NCBI GenBank assembly: GCA_051313645.2
Contig: JBNRSN020000010.1
Span: forward strand, 87,048,001-87,112,000
Length of the DNA: 64,000 bases
Source: Centroscyllium fabricii
Lineage: Eukaryota
Reading direction: 5' to 3'
This document shows, in pieces, positions 60,001-64,000 of this stretch. The notes beneath the pieces were generated by a model. That model saw only the letters and a list, made by a program, of their open reading frames with translations. It was not told where the DNA came from and did not search any database. Each line of letters starts with the position of its first letter. Positions within the stretch are counted from its first letter, which is position 1. Made by a program: the position numbers and the translations under genes.

Positions 60001-61452
60001 TTTCTATCAATAGTTACTTTTAAGTATCAAGCTTCATTCTTTGTTATTGCATTACAGATTGAACACCGTTTATCCGGTAACCAAAAAGCCGGCAACTTCA
60101 GTCGACTGGCATAAATCGCCCCGACTGCCTTGCGCATGCGCAAAATGGCCGCTGCAATCGATGCTTCGATGAATTATCTGCGCATGCGCCGAACGGCAAG
60201 TGCAGGCGCAGATAATTCAAAATGGCCGCCACGAACTCTGCGCACAACCCAGCCCTGCAGAGCACTCGGTGTGAGCAGACAGACAGGAGAGAGAGAGAGC
60301 AGCAGAGCCCAGTCTAGCCTTTGATCAGCCAGCAGGCCCGGCACATTCACACTCACTGCCCTGATGGCTTCAGGAAACGCCGACCCCATGGAAGGCAGCA
60401 GCGACTCAGACACCGCCGGCTTGGAGTCGCTGGGAGACGAGAAGGAGGGGGCCTTCTCCGACCTATCGGATGAGGAGCTGATGCCCGACATCGAGGGCCC
60501 GACTTCCGGCGGATATTTCGCATGATCTGCGCATGCGCTCGTCAGCGCATGCGCAGATCATTCAAAACTTCAGGGGCCATTTTGAAAGGTGCACACATGC
60601 ACACTGGCCGGCTTCGTTCTTCTGGTTTTTTTGCTATACCGGCGTGGGCCTAGTCCCTCCCGTGCCGGTATAACGGTGTTCAACCTGTACTGTTATGTCT
60701 CCTAGAACACTAATATTCTAGAAGAACCAAAGCCAACAATTGTTTTGTGTTACATTTTTAAAGACCCATTTGTCATCCTGCCATAACATGACAATGAAGC
60801 AATGCAATCAAAGATAACAAAATAAAATGGCAATCCACACTGGTTTTTTATAATAAAATGGGTTACAAAAATTTTAACTGGACCATCCTTAAAACCTCAA
60901 ACTGCCATTTTAAAAACAAGAATTTGTTTCTCAAAACTACGATTCTCAAAATATGGTAGAGCAGCAGAATATCTTGCACTTCGACTTCCTACCATTATGT
61001 AAAGTTTTCCAACTATTTGCTAGCACTATTTCACAAACATCAGCCAGCTATGTAAAGACGCCTACAATAGCTGAGGAGCATTTTATTCAATTTAAATTTG
61101 ATCACCTCACATGACATGACCAGTTTCAGCACTACTCAATAATAGTTTGTTCGATTGTACTGATCAGTTTACATTTGGCATTTTGAAATGCGTACCAGAA
61201 TACACCCGACAACTATGTTATCAGACCATTAAATGTTCAACATACAACAAAGAACCCACAGAATTAGAATTCGGCCTGAAGTGGCTTTTTAGATTTTTAC
61301 TATTTAGTCTGACCTCTTGATCTAGGACTGTAGCGGTAATTTCCACCAGCACTGTAGGCAGGTTGTGGCCAGCATCTGAATCACATACTTCCTTCAGAAG
61401 TGCTTCAGAACAATAATGTACCATCTTTCGAACAAGAGCGAGACTAGCTTTC
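1..61452 (-). CDS. HECTD1: HECTD1 E3 ubiquitin-protein ligase, multi-exon gene, partial (32 coding exons in window; 5' exons and stop codon outside)
   Basis: Spliced translation matches vertebrate HECTD1 as I recall it, from [15 protein letters not shown] to [18 protein letters not shown]. All visible introns are GT-AG with consistent phase. Confidence 0.98.
160..975 (+). mobile_element. CR1 (HER1-like) LINE, 5'-truncated
   Basis: ORF2 C-terminal motifs [24 protein letters not shown]; 3' tail ggtctactcctgctcctatcttctatg. Confidence 0.92.
1262..1406 (-). CDS. HECTD1: HECTD1 exon (HECT C-lobe)
   Basis: tcag|T CCG...CGC AAG|gtatgt; [48 protein letters not shown]. Confidence 0.96.
2336..3446 (+). 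mobile_element. CR1 LINE, 5'-truncated, subfamily with extended 3'UTR
   Basis: ORF 2532-3212 is CR1 ORF2 C-terminus; tail ctatttcttatgttctta. Confidence 0.92.
3818..4392 (+). mobile_element. tRNA-derived Deu-type SINE (SacSINE1-like), interrupted by a small DNA transposon
   Basis: A-box tggctcagttgg, B-box ggttcaagtccc; 3' end aaagcgctttgggacatcc...tataaatgcaa; second copy at 55441. Confidence 0.75.
4007..4134. mobile_element. hAT-like MITE (128 bp) nested in SINE
   Basis: Imperfect TIRs caatgttcc / ggaatgttg; 8-bp TSD catggcat (3999-4006) / catggcac (4135-4142). Confidence 0.7.
4663..5246. mobile_element. Tigger/pogo-like MITE family A, copy 1 (unique cargo)
   Basis: TA|CAGGTTGAAGTTTATTAATCCGGCA ... 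TGCCGGATTGATGAACTTCAACCTG|TA. Confidence 0.85.
5446..5840 (-). mobile_element. CR1 LINE 3' fragment (same subfamily as 2336-3446)
   Basis: Reverse complement closely matches 3030-3446, with an internal deletion. Confidence 0.9.
6475..6870 (+). mobile_element. Old degenerate CR1-like 3' fragment
   Basis: Decayed ORF2-end motifs (aagtctttaaaataatgaagggtttagac, aggcacgcctttttgcagcgg). Confidence 0.45.
7494..7644 (-). CDS. HECTD1: HECTD1 exon (HECT)
   Basis: ccag|AT GGA...GAT AG|gtattt; [49 protein letters not shown]. Confidence 0.96.
8352..9069. mobile_element. PIF/Harbinger-like non-autonomous DNA transposon, nested in an older SINE-like repeat
   Basis: Perfect TIR GGCCCGGAATTTGCGGTC / GACCGCAAATTCCGGGCC; flanks taa / tac; diverged relative at 20303-21039. 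Confidence 0.75.
9220..9723. mobile_element. Tigger-like MITE family A, copy 2 (26-bp VNTR cargo)
   Basis: TA|CAGGTTGAGCACCGTTAATC ... GATTAACGGTGCTCAACCTG|TA. Confidence 0.88.
9403..9525. repeat. 26-bp GC-rich minisatellite, about 5 units
   Basis: gcgggctgggccgggactccccgaac starting at 9403, 9429, 9455, 9481, 9507. Confidence 0.95.
10524..10617 (-). CDS. HECTD1: HECTD1 exon (HECT)
   Basis: ttag|ATG...AGA G|gtaatg; [31 protein letters not shown]. Confidence 0.96.
10903..10981 (-). CDS. HECTD1: HECTD1 exon (HECT)
   Basis: gcag|G TTG...GAG|gtcagt; [26 protein letters not shown]. Confidence 0.96.
11360..12868 (+). mobile_element. CR1 LINE, 5'-truncated, uninterrupted RT reading frame
   Basis: ORF 11251-12783: [25 protein letters not shown]; 3' tail cctattttctatg. 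Confidence 0.95.
14661..15274 (-). CDS. HECTD1: HECTD1 exon (HECT N-lobe, 614 nt)
   Basis: acag|GTC GAT TTG...CTG GG|gtatgg; [21 protein letters not shown]...GPPLGIEDL. Confidence 0.97.
15457..15594 (-). CDS. HECTD1: HECTD1 exon (HECT start)
   Basis: ttag|GTT GAA...CAG|gtactt; [46 protein letters not shown]. Confidence 0.96.
15701..16045. mobile_element. Tigger-like MITE family A, copy 3 (shortest, almost no cargo)
   Basis: TA|CAGGTTGAGCACCGTTAATCC ... GGATTAATGGTGTCGGACCTG|TA. Confidence 0.85.
16221..16422 (-). CDS. HECTD1: HECTD1 exon
   Basis: gtag|A GCA...GAG|gtaagc; [45 protein letters not shown]...KSVLE. Confidence 0.96.
16718..16845 (-). CDS. HECTD1: HECTD1 exon
   Basis: gcag|GAG...TCA AG|gtaaaa; [42 protein letters not shown]. 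Confidence 0.96.
17155..17240 (-). CDS. HECTD1: HECTD1 exon
   Basis: acag|AA GGT...GAG|gtaatt; [28 protein letters not shown]. Confidence 0.94.
17355..17568 (-). CDS. HECTD1: HECTD1 exon
   Basis: gcag|GAA TTT...GAA G|gtttgg; [11 protein letters not shown]...[25 protein letters not shown]. Confidence 0.95.
17861..18043 (-). CDS. HECTD1: HECTD1 exon
   Basis: gtag|GGC TGC TGG...AAG|gtatat; [61 protein letters not shown]. Confidence 0.96.
18278..18335 (-). CDS. HECTD1: HECTD1 small exon (58 nt)
   Basis: ccag|G ATT...ATG|gtaagt; [19 protein letters not shown]. Confidence 0.95.
19276..20050. mobile_element. PIF/Harbinger-like non-autonomous DNA transposon
   Basis: TIR GGGCTGGATTTT / AAAATCCTGCCC; 3-bp TSD cat/cat. 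Confidence 0.7.
20303..21039. mobile_element. Diverged relative of the 8352-9069 element
   Basis: Ends ggcctggattttgcagtc / aaccgcaaattctgaacc; colinear internal similarity (aaattagtttttcaggg, gttaaaaacctagttacatc). Confidence 0.65.
21137..21359 (-). CDS. HECTD1: HECTD1 exon
   Basis: gtag|GA ACA...TAC AC|gtaagt; [24 protein letters not shown]...[10 protein letters not shown]. Confidence 0.96.
21521..21940. mobile_element. Penelope-like (PLE)-derived fold-back element with hammerhead-like motifs
   Basis: Inverted arms about 21518-21682 / 21737-21903; TSD tgcaaaaagaatg at 21508-21520 and 21941-21953; CTGACGA-stem-GAAAGCTT motif. Confidence 0.75.
21569..21606 (-). ncRNA. Putative minimal type I hammerhead ribozyme (PLE-type)
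   Basis: UCAU CUGACGA A GGGGC-AGAC-GCUCC GAAA GCUU GUGA. Confidence 0.55.
22101..22257 (-). CDS. HECTD1: HECTD1 exon
   Basis: acag|GAA...CCA G|gtaaat; [52 protein letters not shown]. Confidence 0.92.
22474..22607 (-). CDS. HECTD1: HECTD1 exon (acidic region)
   Basis: acag|AT TTT...ATG|gtatgt; [44 protein letters not shown]. Confidence 0.96.
23092..23624. mobile_element. Tigger-like MITE family A, copy 4
   Basis: TA|CAGGCTGTGCACCAGAAATCC ... GGATTTCCGGTGCTCAACCTG|TA. Confidence 0.85.
23698..24031 (-). mobile_element. Second LINE family (CR1/L2 group), 3' fragment
   Basis: Same 3' end as 52708 and 56378 (ggcatcactggcaaggccagcaattattagccatccc). Confidence 0.7.
25794..26320. mobile_element. 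Tigger-like MITE family A, copy 5 (one TIR lost; opposite orientation to copies 4 and 6)
   Basis: Right end ggattaccggtgctcaaccta|ta; internal sequence is the reverse complement of copies 4 and 6. Confidence 0.82.
26655..29407 (+). mobile_element. CR1 LINE, long decayed copy (end of endonuclease to 3' tail), interrupted by a SINE
   Basis: EN-region motifs [14 protein letters not shown] and GTSDHNMI; RT motifs DFQKAFD and [10 protein letters not shown]; frameshifts; tail ttctatgtttctatg. Confidence 0.93.
27338..27650 (-). mobile_element. HE1-like V-SINE (tail type A)
   Basis: V-domain gtctgcgtgggtttcctccgggtgctccggtttcctcccacagtccaaagatgtgc; TSD ggatt (27333-27337 / 27651-27655). Confidence 0.9.
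29408..29927 (+). mobile_element. CR1 LINE 3' fragment abutting the previous CR1 tail
   Basis: [20 protein letters not shown]; tail cctatttcttatg. Confidence 0.88.
30163..30384 (-). CDS. HECTD1: HECTD1 exon (Ser/Thr-rich)
   Basis: ctag|CT TCT...TAT G|gtaggt; [20 protein letters not shown]...[13 protein letters not shown]. Confidence 0.96.
30743..31286. mobile_element. Tigger-like MITE family A, copy 6
   Basis: TA|CAGGTTGAGCATC ... CGGTGCTCAACCTG; same cargo as copies 4 and 5. Confidence 0.85.
31855..32504 (-). CDS. HECTD1: HECTD1 large Ser-rich exon; 5' part hidden in N-gap
   Basis: [28 protein letters not shown]...[12 protein letters not shown]; donor GCA A|gtaagt; acceptor not visible. 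Confidence 0.93.
32505..32724. other. Assembly gap (220 N)
   Basis: Run of N from 32505 to 32724. Confidence 1.
34247..34547. mobile_element. Tigger-like MITE family B
   Basis: TA|CAGATACACAACCC ... GGGATTGTGTACCTG|TA. Confidence 0.8.
34770..35107. mobile_element. Tigger-like MITE family B
   Basis: TA|CAGGTACACAATCCCTTATCCG ... CGGTTAAGCGATTGTGTACCTG|TA. Confidence 0.82.
35609..35785 (-). CDS. HECTD1: HECTD1 exon (MIB/HERC2 domain, first half)
   Basis: atag|GA AAA...AAT G|gtaaac; [58 protein letters not shown]. Confidence 0.96.
36160..36326 (-). CDS. HECTD1: HECTD1 exon (SUN-like domain)
   Basis: ttag|A TCC...TTA G|gtaaca; [55 protein letters not shown]. Confidence 0.96.
36457..36976. mobile_element. 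Tc1/mariner (Tigger-like) MITE family C
   Basis: TA|CAGGAAACTCT ... AGAGTTTCCTG; sibling at 43371-43901. Confidence 0.8.
37097..37777. repeat. About 200-bp inverted duplication (37097-37295 vs 37564-37777)
   Basis: e.g. gacccatcaacattggagagaatggtttccattc vs gaatggaaaccattctctccaatgttgatgggtc. Confidence 0.93.
37205..38870 (-). mobile_element. Decayed L2-like LINE, split by the 37569-38072 insertion
   Basis: Purine-rich plus strand typical of antisense L2; 3'-end motif aacaacttgcatttatat. Confidence 0.55.
37780..38074 (+). mobile_element. HE1-like V-SINE (tail type A)
   Basis: tRNA-like head tggcatagtggttagc...ggttcaaatcc; V-domain; tail gattctatgattcta. Confidence 0.9.
38973..39673. mobile_element. 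Probable non-autonomous DNA transposon (Harbinger-like ends)
   Basis: Inverted ends agaaattctg / cagaatttct; GC-rich subtermini and AT-rich core. Confidence 0.5.
39860..41551 (+). mobile_element. CR1 LINE, decayed and internally deleted
   Basis: MHPRMLRE...[10 protein letters not shown]; ORF 41063-41470 is ORF2 end; tail attctatgattcta. Confidence 0.9.
41560..42045 (+). mobile_element. Old CR1-like 3' fragment
   Basis: Decayed motifs cagcgcagattcactag and gatagaggtgtttgaaattatgaaagg. Confidence 0.55.
42128..42451 (-). CDS. HECTD1: HECTD1 exon (SUN-like domain)
   Basis: gcag|A ACT...CCA GG|gtgagt; [27 protein letters not shown]...[10 protein letters not shown]. Confidence 0.96.
42541..43226. 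mobile_element. Tigger-like MITE family A, copy 7 (unique cargo)
   Basis: TA|CAGGTTGTGCACC ... GGTGCACAACCTG|TA. Confidence 0.88.
43371..43901. mobile_element. Tc1/mariner (Tigger-like) MITE family C
   Basis: TA|CAGGAAACTC ... GTCTCCTG|TA; colinear with 36457-36976. Confidence 0.8.
44410..44549 (-). CDS. HECTD1: HECTD1 exon
   Basis: tcag|GTG...GCA AA|gtaagt; [46 protein letters not shown]. Confidence 0.96.
44661..44795 (-). CDS. HECTD1: HECTD1 exon
   Basis: caag|ATC...ATG|gtaaac; [45 protein letters not shown]. Confidence 0.95.
44931..45326 (-). mobile_element. HE1-like V-SINE (extended tail type B)
   Basis: V-domain plus about 120-bp CR1 3' end finishing tttctatgtttctatg. Confidence 0.9.
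45463..46022. mobile_element. Tigger-like MITE family A, copy 8 (26-bp VNTR, about 6 units)
   Basis: TA|CAGGTTGAGCACCGTTAATCC ... GGATTAACGGTGCTCACCCTG|TA; units at 45661, 45687, 45713, 45739, 45765, 45791. Confidence 0.88.
46317..46422 (-). CDS. HECTD1: HECTD1 exon
   Basis: ttag|T CGG...CAG|gtatga; [35 protein letters not shown]. Confidence 0.96.
46505..46599 (-). CDS. HECTD1: HECTD1 exon
   Basis: ctag|AAC...GAA AG|gtgggt; [31 protein letters not shown]. Confidence 0.94.
46685..46831 (-). CDS. HECTD1: HECTD1 exon
   Basis: gcag|GGT...AAT|gttcgt; [49 protein letters not shown]. Confidence 0.93.
48534..48668 (-). CDS. HECTD1: HECTD1 exon
   Basis: gcag|GTG...CAG|gtaagt; [45 protein letters not shown]. 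Confidence 0.96.
50393..50430 (-). ncRNA. Putative minimal hammerhead ribozyme, opposite-strand copy
   Basis: UCAC CUGACGA A GGGAC-AGAC-GCUCC GAAA GCUU GUGA (one stem II mismatch). Confidence 0.5.
50445..50482 (+). ncRNA. Putative minimal type I hammerhead ribozyme (PLE-type)
   Basis: UCAC CUGACGA A GGGGC-AGAC-GCUCC GAAA GCUU GUGA; stem I UCAC/GUGA; palindromic AGCU in place of stem III. Confidence 0.6.
51181..51257 (-). CDS. HECTD1: HECTD1 exon
   Basis: gcag|GA TCA...AAG|gtgagt; [25 protein letters not shown]. Confidence 0.96.
51376..51639 (-). CDS. HECTD1: HECTD1 exon
   Basis: acag|AG AGC...CTT G|gtaagg; [18 protein letters not shown]...HSFTAETSL. Confidence 0.96.
51787..52168 (+). mobile_element. 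HE1-like V-SINE (extended tail type B)
   Basis: B-box ggttcaaatcc; V-domain; CR1-derived tail gatcagccatgatcacattgaatggcggagcaggctcgaagggccg. Confidence 0.9.
52708..53585 (-). mobile_element. Second LINE family (CR1/L2 group), RT C-terminus and 3' end
   Basis: ORF 53162-53431: [17 protein letters not shown]...[13 protein letters not shown]. Confidence 0.8.
53922..54144 (-). CDS. HECTD1: HECTD1 exon
   Basis: ttag|GAT...TCA G|gtaaag; [74 protein letters not shown]. Confidence 0.96.
55441..55700 (+). mobile_element. Deu-type SINE (SacSINE1-like), 5' part
   Basis: Colinear with 3818-4200 and lacks the hAT insert (ctatggcactatttcgaa). Confidence 0.75.
56378..57270 (-). mobile_element. Second LINE family, 3' end fused to endonuclease region (internal deletion)
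   Basis: [10 protein letters not shown]...[10 protein letters not shown] (APE-type endonuclease); [16 protein letters not shown]. Confidence 0.78.
57272..57550 (-). mobile_element. tRNA-derived SINE (third family)
   Basis: Minus strand head tagtggttattttactggac...gagttcaaatcccacc (A/B-box-like). Confidence 0.6.
57587..58323 (+). mobile_element. CR1 LINE, 5'-truncated, extended 3'UTR subfamily
   Basis: ORF 57490-58044 [22 protein letters not shown]...; tail cctatttcttgtgttcttatg. Confidence 0.92.
58324..58412 (+). mobile_element. Very short CR1 3' tail of a different subfamily
   Basis: Matches 12793-12868; ends ttctatgtttctatgtttcta. Confidence 0.8.
58793..58867 (-). CDS. HECTD1: Candidate alternative (cassette) HECTD1 exon, 75 nt (or 66 nt from the acceptor at 58858)
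   Basis: Pyrimidine tract + tttcaag|ACC CTG CAG AAT...GCT AAG|gtaaaa; phase 0-0 and stop-free, matching the phase-0 host intron; [25 protein letters not shown]. Confidence 0.5.
59048..59218 (-). CDS. HECTD1: HECTD1 exon
   Basis: gtag|GAT...AAG|gtgatc; [57 protein letters not shown]. Confidence 0.96.
59262..59912 (+). mobile_element. CR1 LINE fragment
   Basis: ORFs 59333-59524 and 59537-59911 are ORF2 C-terminus. Confidence 0.9.
60055..60687. mobile_element. Tigger-like MITE family A, copy 9 (coding-like cargo)
   Basis: TA|CAGATTGAACACCGTT ... AACGGTGTTCAACCTG|TA. Confidence 0.86.
61314..61452 (-). CDS. HECTD1: HECTD1 exon (most 5' exon found in window)
   Basis: ctag|G AAA...GAG|gtcaga; [46 protein letters not shown]. 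Confidence 0.96.
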
Positions 61453-61728
61453 CTAGAAATGCAAGGGGAAAATAAACATTGGGAGCAGTATATAGAGACA
61501 GAGCTGAATAACTAATAAACCCAAGTAAAGTTATCACATCCAAATCAGAGTACAGAAAACATGAAAATATGATTCTCTTCAGTGGAGTATTTTAACAATT
61601 GTTTTAGTGTAATCTCCTCTTTCCAAAGTAGATACACCAAAAATGGGCAGATCAATATCAAACTAACAATTGAGTTGAGCAGCATGCATTACTCTGTTGT
61701 TTCCAGTACCTACAAGACTATAAATAAT

Positions 61729-62796
61729 GGGCCCTGTCTTCCTGTGGCCCGATTGCTGCGGGTGCGTGCAGATTTGCCTGTATCTGCTGGACTTCCTGTG
61801 TGAAATGTCGATTTTTTTTCGTGGGGAGGGGTCTGTTTTTTTTCCCTGCGTTGTGCTTTGTGCGTTGGTCGGGTGCTGGACACGCCCCGAGGTCGGCTTT
61901 TTGAGACCACGCCCCCACAGAACGCACAGATCAAAGAAAGAATCAAGTGTTCAACTAAAGAAAAGATCAGGTAAGGAAGAACTTTTTCTTTGTTTTTTTT
62001 AAGTTTGTAGGAAGCTGGTCTTACAGCTTGTAAATCTGATGGTTTATATATTTTTTGGTGATAGTTAAAAAAAATCGGGAATTCCCGATTTTTTTAACTA
62101 TCACCAAAATATATATAAACCTTCACATTTACAAGCTGTAAGACCACAAACATGGTCTTACAACTTGTAAATGTTAAGCTTTATATATTTTTTGCTGATA
62201 GTTCAAAAAATCGGCGATTTCAACGCGATGCCAGCAGCTGAGAGCTGTGAGTGGCTGAGATCTCGTTGAAATCGCCGATTTTTTGAACTATCAGCAAAAA
62301 ATATATAAAGCTTAACATTTACAAGTTGTAAATGTGAAGCTTTAGATATTTTTTGGTGGTAGTGAAACAAATCGGGGATTTCAACGCTGAGATCGCGTTC
62401 AAATTCCCGATTTTTTTAACCATCACCAAAATATATATATAAACCTTCACATTTACAAGCTGTAAGACCACAAACAAATATCTCCAAAGGAATAATTTAA
62501 AAAAAAACTTTAAACCTGTTTTTTTCACTTTTCAAACCTGCCTGCACCATCTTAAGACTGCTTTATACATGGGCAGAAAAATGGAGGCTTCCCCACGTTG
62601 TACACCTGTATATTGAGCAGCTGACTACAGGAAGTCTGCAGCTCAAAGTGCTTCCTGGGGAGGAAGCTGAAGCCCCTTGCCCATCAGCACAGGAAGTTCA
62701 CGTTTCTGGTAATCACCTGAGCTGCCCCCCCACGAAGCATTTCTGACCCCCCTTCGTGGGGGGGCAGCTCTTCTGGAGCACAGGAAGACAGGGCCC
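61729..62796. mobile_element. PIF/Harbinger-like non-autonomous element with internal fold-back array
   Basis: Perfect 18-bp TIR GGGCCCTGTCTTCCTGTG / CACAGGAAGACAGGGCCC; 3-bp TSD aat/aat. Confidence 0.82.
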
Positions 62797-63557
62797 AATG
62801 AGACCAAATGAAACGGTCATAAATGTTTTGTTCTTTAAATTGCATTCCAATGTACACATTTATAAACTGCATTTTACAGTCATTTTAATTCAATTACATT
62901 TTTGATCAGTACCTAAAGAACTAACAATATGAGGAAAACCTCAACAGTTGAAGATGGGAGCCAACATGAATATATTTAACAATGGTAACTTTGCATCAAC
63001 CCTCCCCACACTTTAGACAGGTTATTCCAACTAGCTGGAAAATAATGCAGAGATCATTTTTGGCCAGAGGCTTGTTTTGAATGTTGAACCCAGCTTCAAA
63101 AATGGGACAGAAACGGTATAGAAAATAAAATATTTAAAACTTAAAAAGGAAAGGAAAGAATTATTAAAACAAAAACAAAATTAAAAGAAAACATACAATA
63201 GAAAAGTAAGCATAAGAGGGAACAAGGGGGGCAAGGACAAGCGGAAGTGTTTAGTTTAAAGTAGTAGAGTGGTTTAATGTTTGTAGTTCGGAGTTATTAC
63301 AGTAATAGCGAATTTTGTTTTGTACTGTAATATTAGTGTTTATTTCTGCATGGCAGTAAGAATTGAAAATGTAAACAGTTGGCCCAGGAAGCCTGGAATT
63401 TCCTTGGGTCTGCCAGCAGATTAATTGTCAAAACAATGAGCGCTGCAATTGTCCACCATCATTCAGAAGTAGTCACCCAAATAACTCGTTCCCTTATAAA
63501 CAAAAGATGTAGCTCTGCTTTACGTGCCTCCTATAAACAGCAATTTCTGTTATAATA

Positions 63558-63878
63558 CCCCTTATCCACAACTCCAAAAACCGAAAAGCACCAAAAAACG
63601 AAATCCCGAGTTTTCCCCAAATAACCATTTTTTTCTTAAATAAATTGATGTGACCAGCTGCAGCAGAAAAAATGTTTTTACCTTGATTTCGTGCTGTTGA
63701 TGCCGTGCTGAGGAAATAAACGGCCGATATGCCGCTCCCCGACTGCGAACTGGGCCGCAAACACGGCAACGCGCAGGTGATCTGCGCATGTGCACTGGGC
63801 AAAATCTAAAAACCGAAAAATCCCGAAAACTGAGACCCGCCCGGTCCCGAGGTTTGCGGATAAAAGGTTGTGTACTTG
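63558..63878. mobile_element. Tigger-like MITE family B, opposite orientation
   Basis: Reverse complement of 34770-35107; end ggttgtgtacttg|ta. Confidence 0.78.
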
Positions 63879-64000
63879 TAGTGTATTTTGTTGGCACTTC
63901 CCAGCTTAAAGCCCTTTGAAGCTGCACTGTGAATTGGAAATCCAAAAGTCCAATATAGTGCCCACTACTTATCGCGAGTGTGTTTGTGCGAATGTGATCT

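Overview
Vertebrate genomic DNA, almost certainly from a cartilaginous fish (shark), judged by HE1/V-SINE-like and Deu-SINE-like elements and abundant CR1 (HER1-like) LINEs. The whole window lies inside one gene on the minus strand, the E3 ubiquitin ligase HECTD1. I traced 32 coding exons (61452 down to 1) with GT-AG boundaries and continuous codon phase. They cover the SUN-like region, the MIB/HERC2 domain, the Ser-rich region and the HECT domain, including its catalytic Cys (TGT at 36-34). The 5' exons and the stop codon lie outside the window, and a 220-N gap hides part of one exon. The introns are full of mobile elements. Most notable observations: (1) two short, TSD-flanked, Penelope-type fold-back elements carrying a minimal hammerhead-ribozyme motif on each strand; (2) nine copies of a Tigger-like MITE with shared ends rich in NRF1/YY1-type motifs but different GC-rich, promoter- or 5'-exon-like cargo; (3) a candidate in-frame HECTD1 cassette exon; (4) a SINE insertion that brought a ~200-bp inverted copy of nearby DNA inside its TSD; (5) a Harbinger-like element with three consecutive hairpins. 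Repeat family names come from recalled consensus features, not from a database search, and repeat boundaries are approximate.
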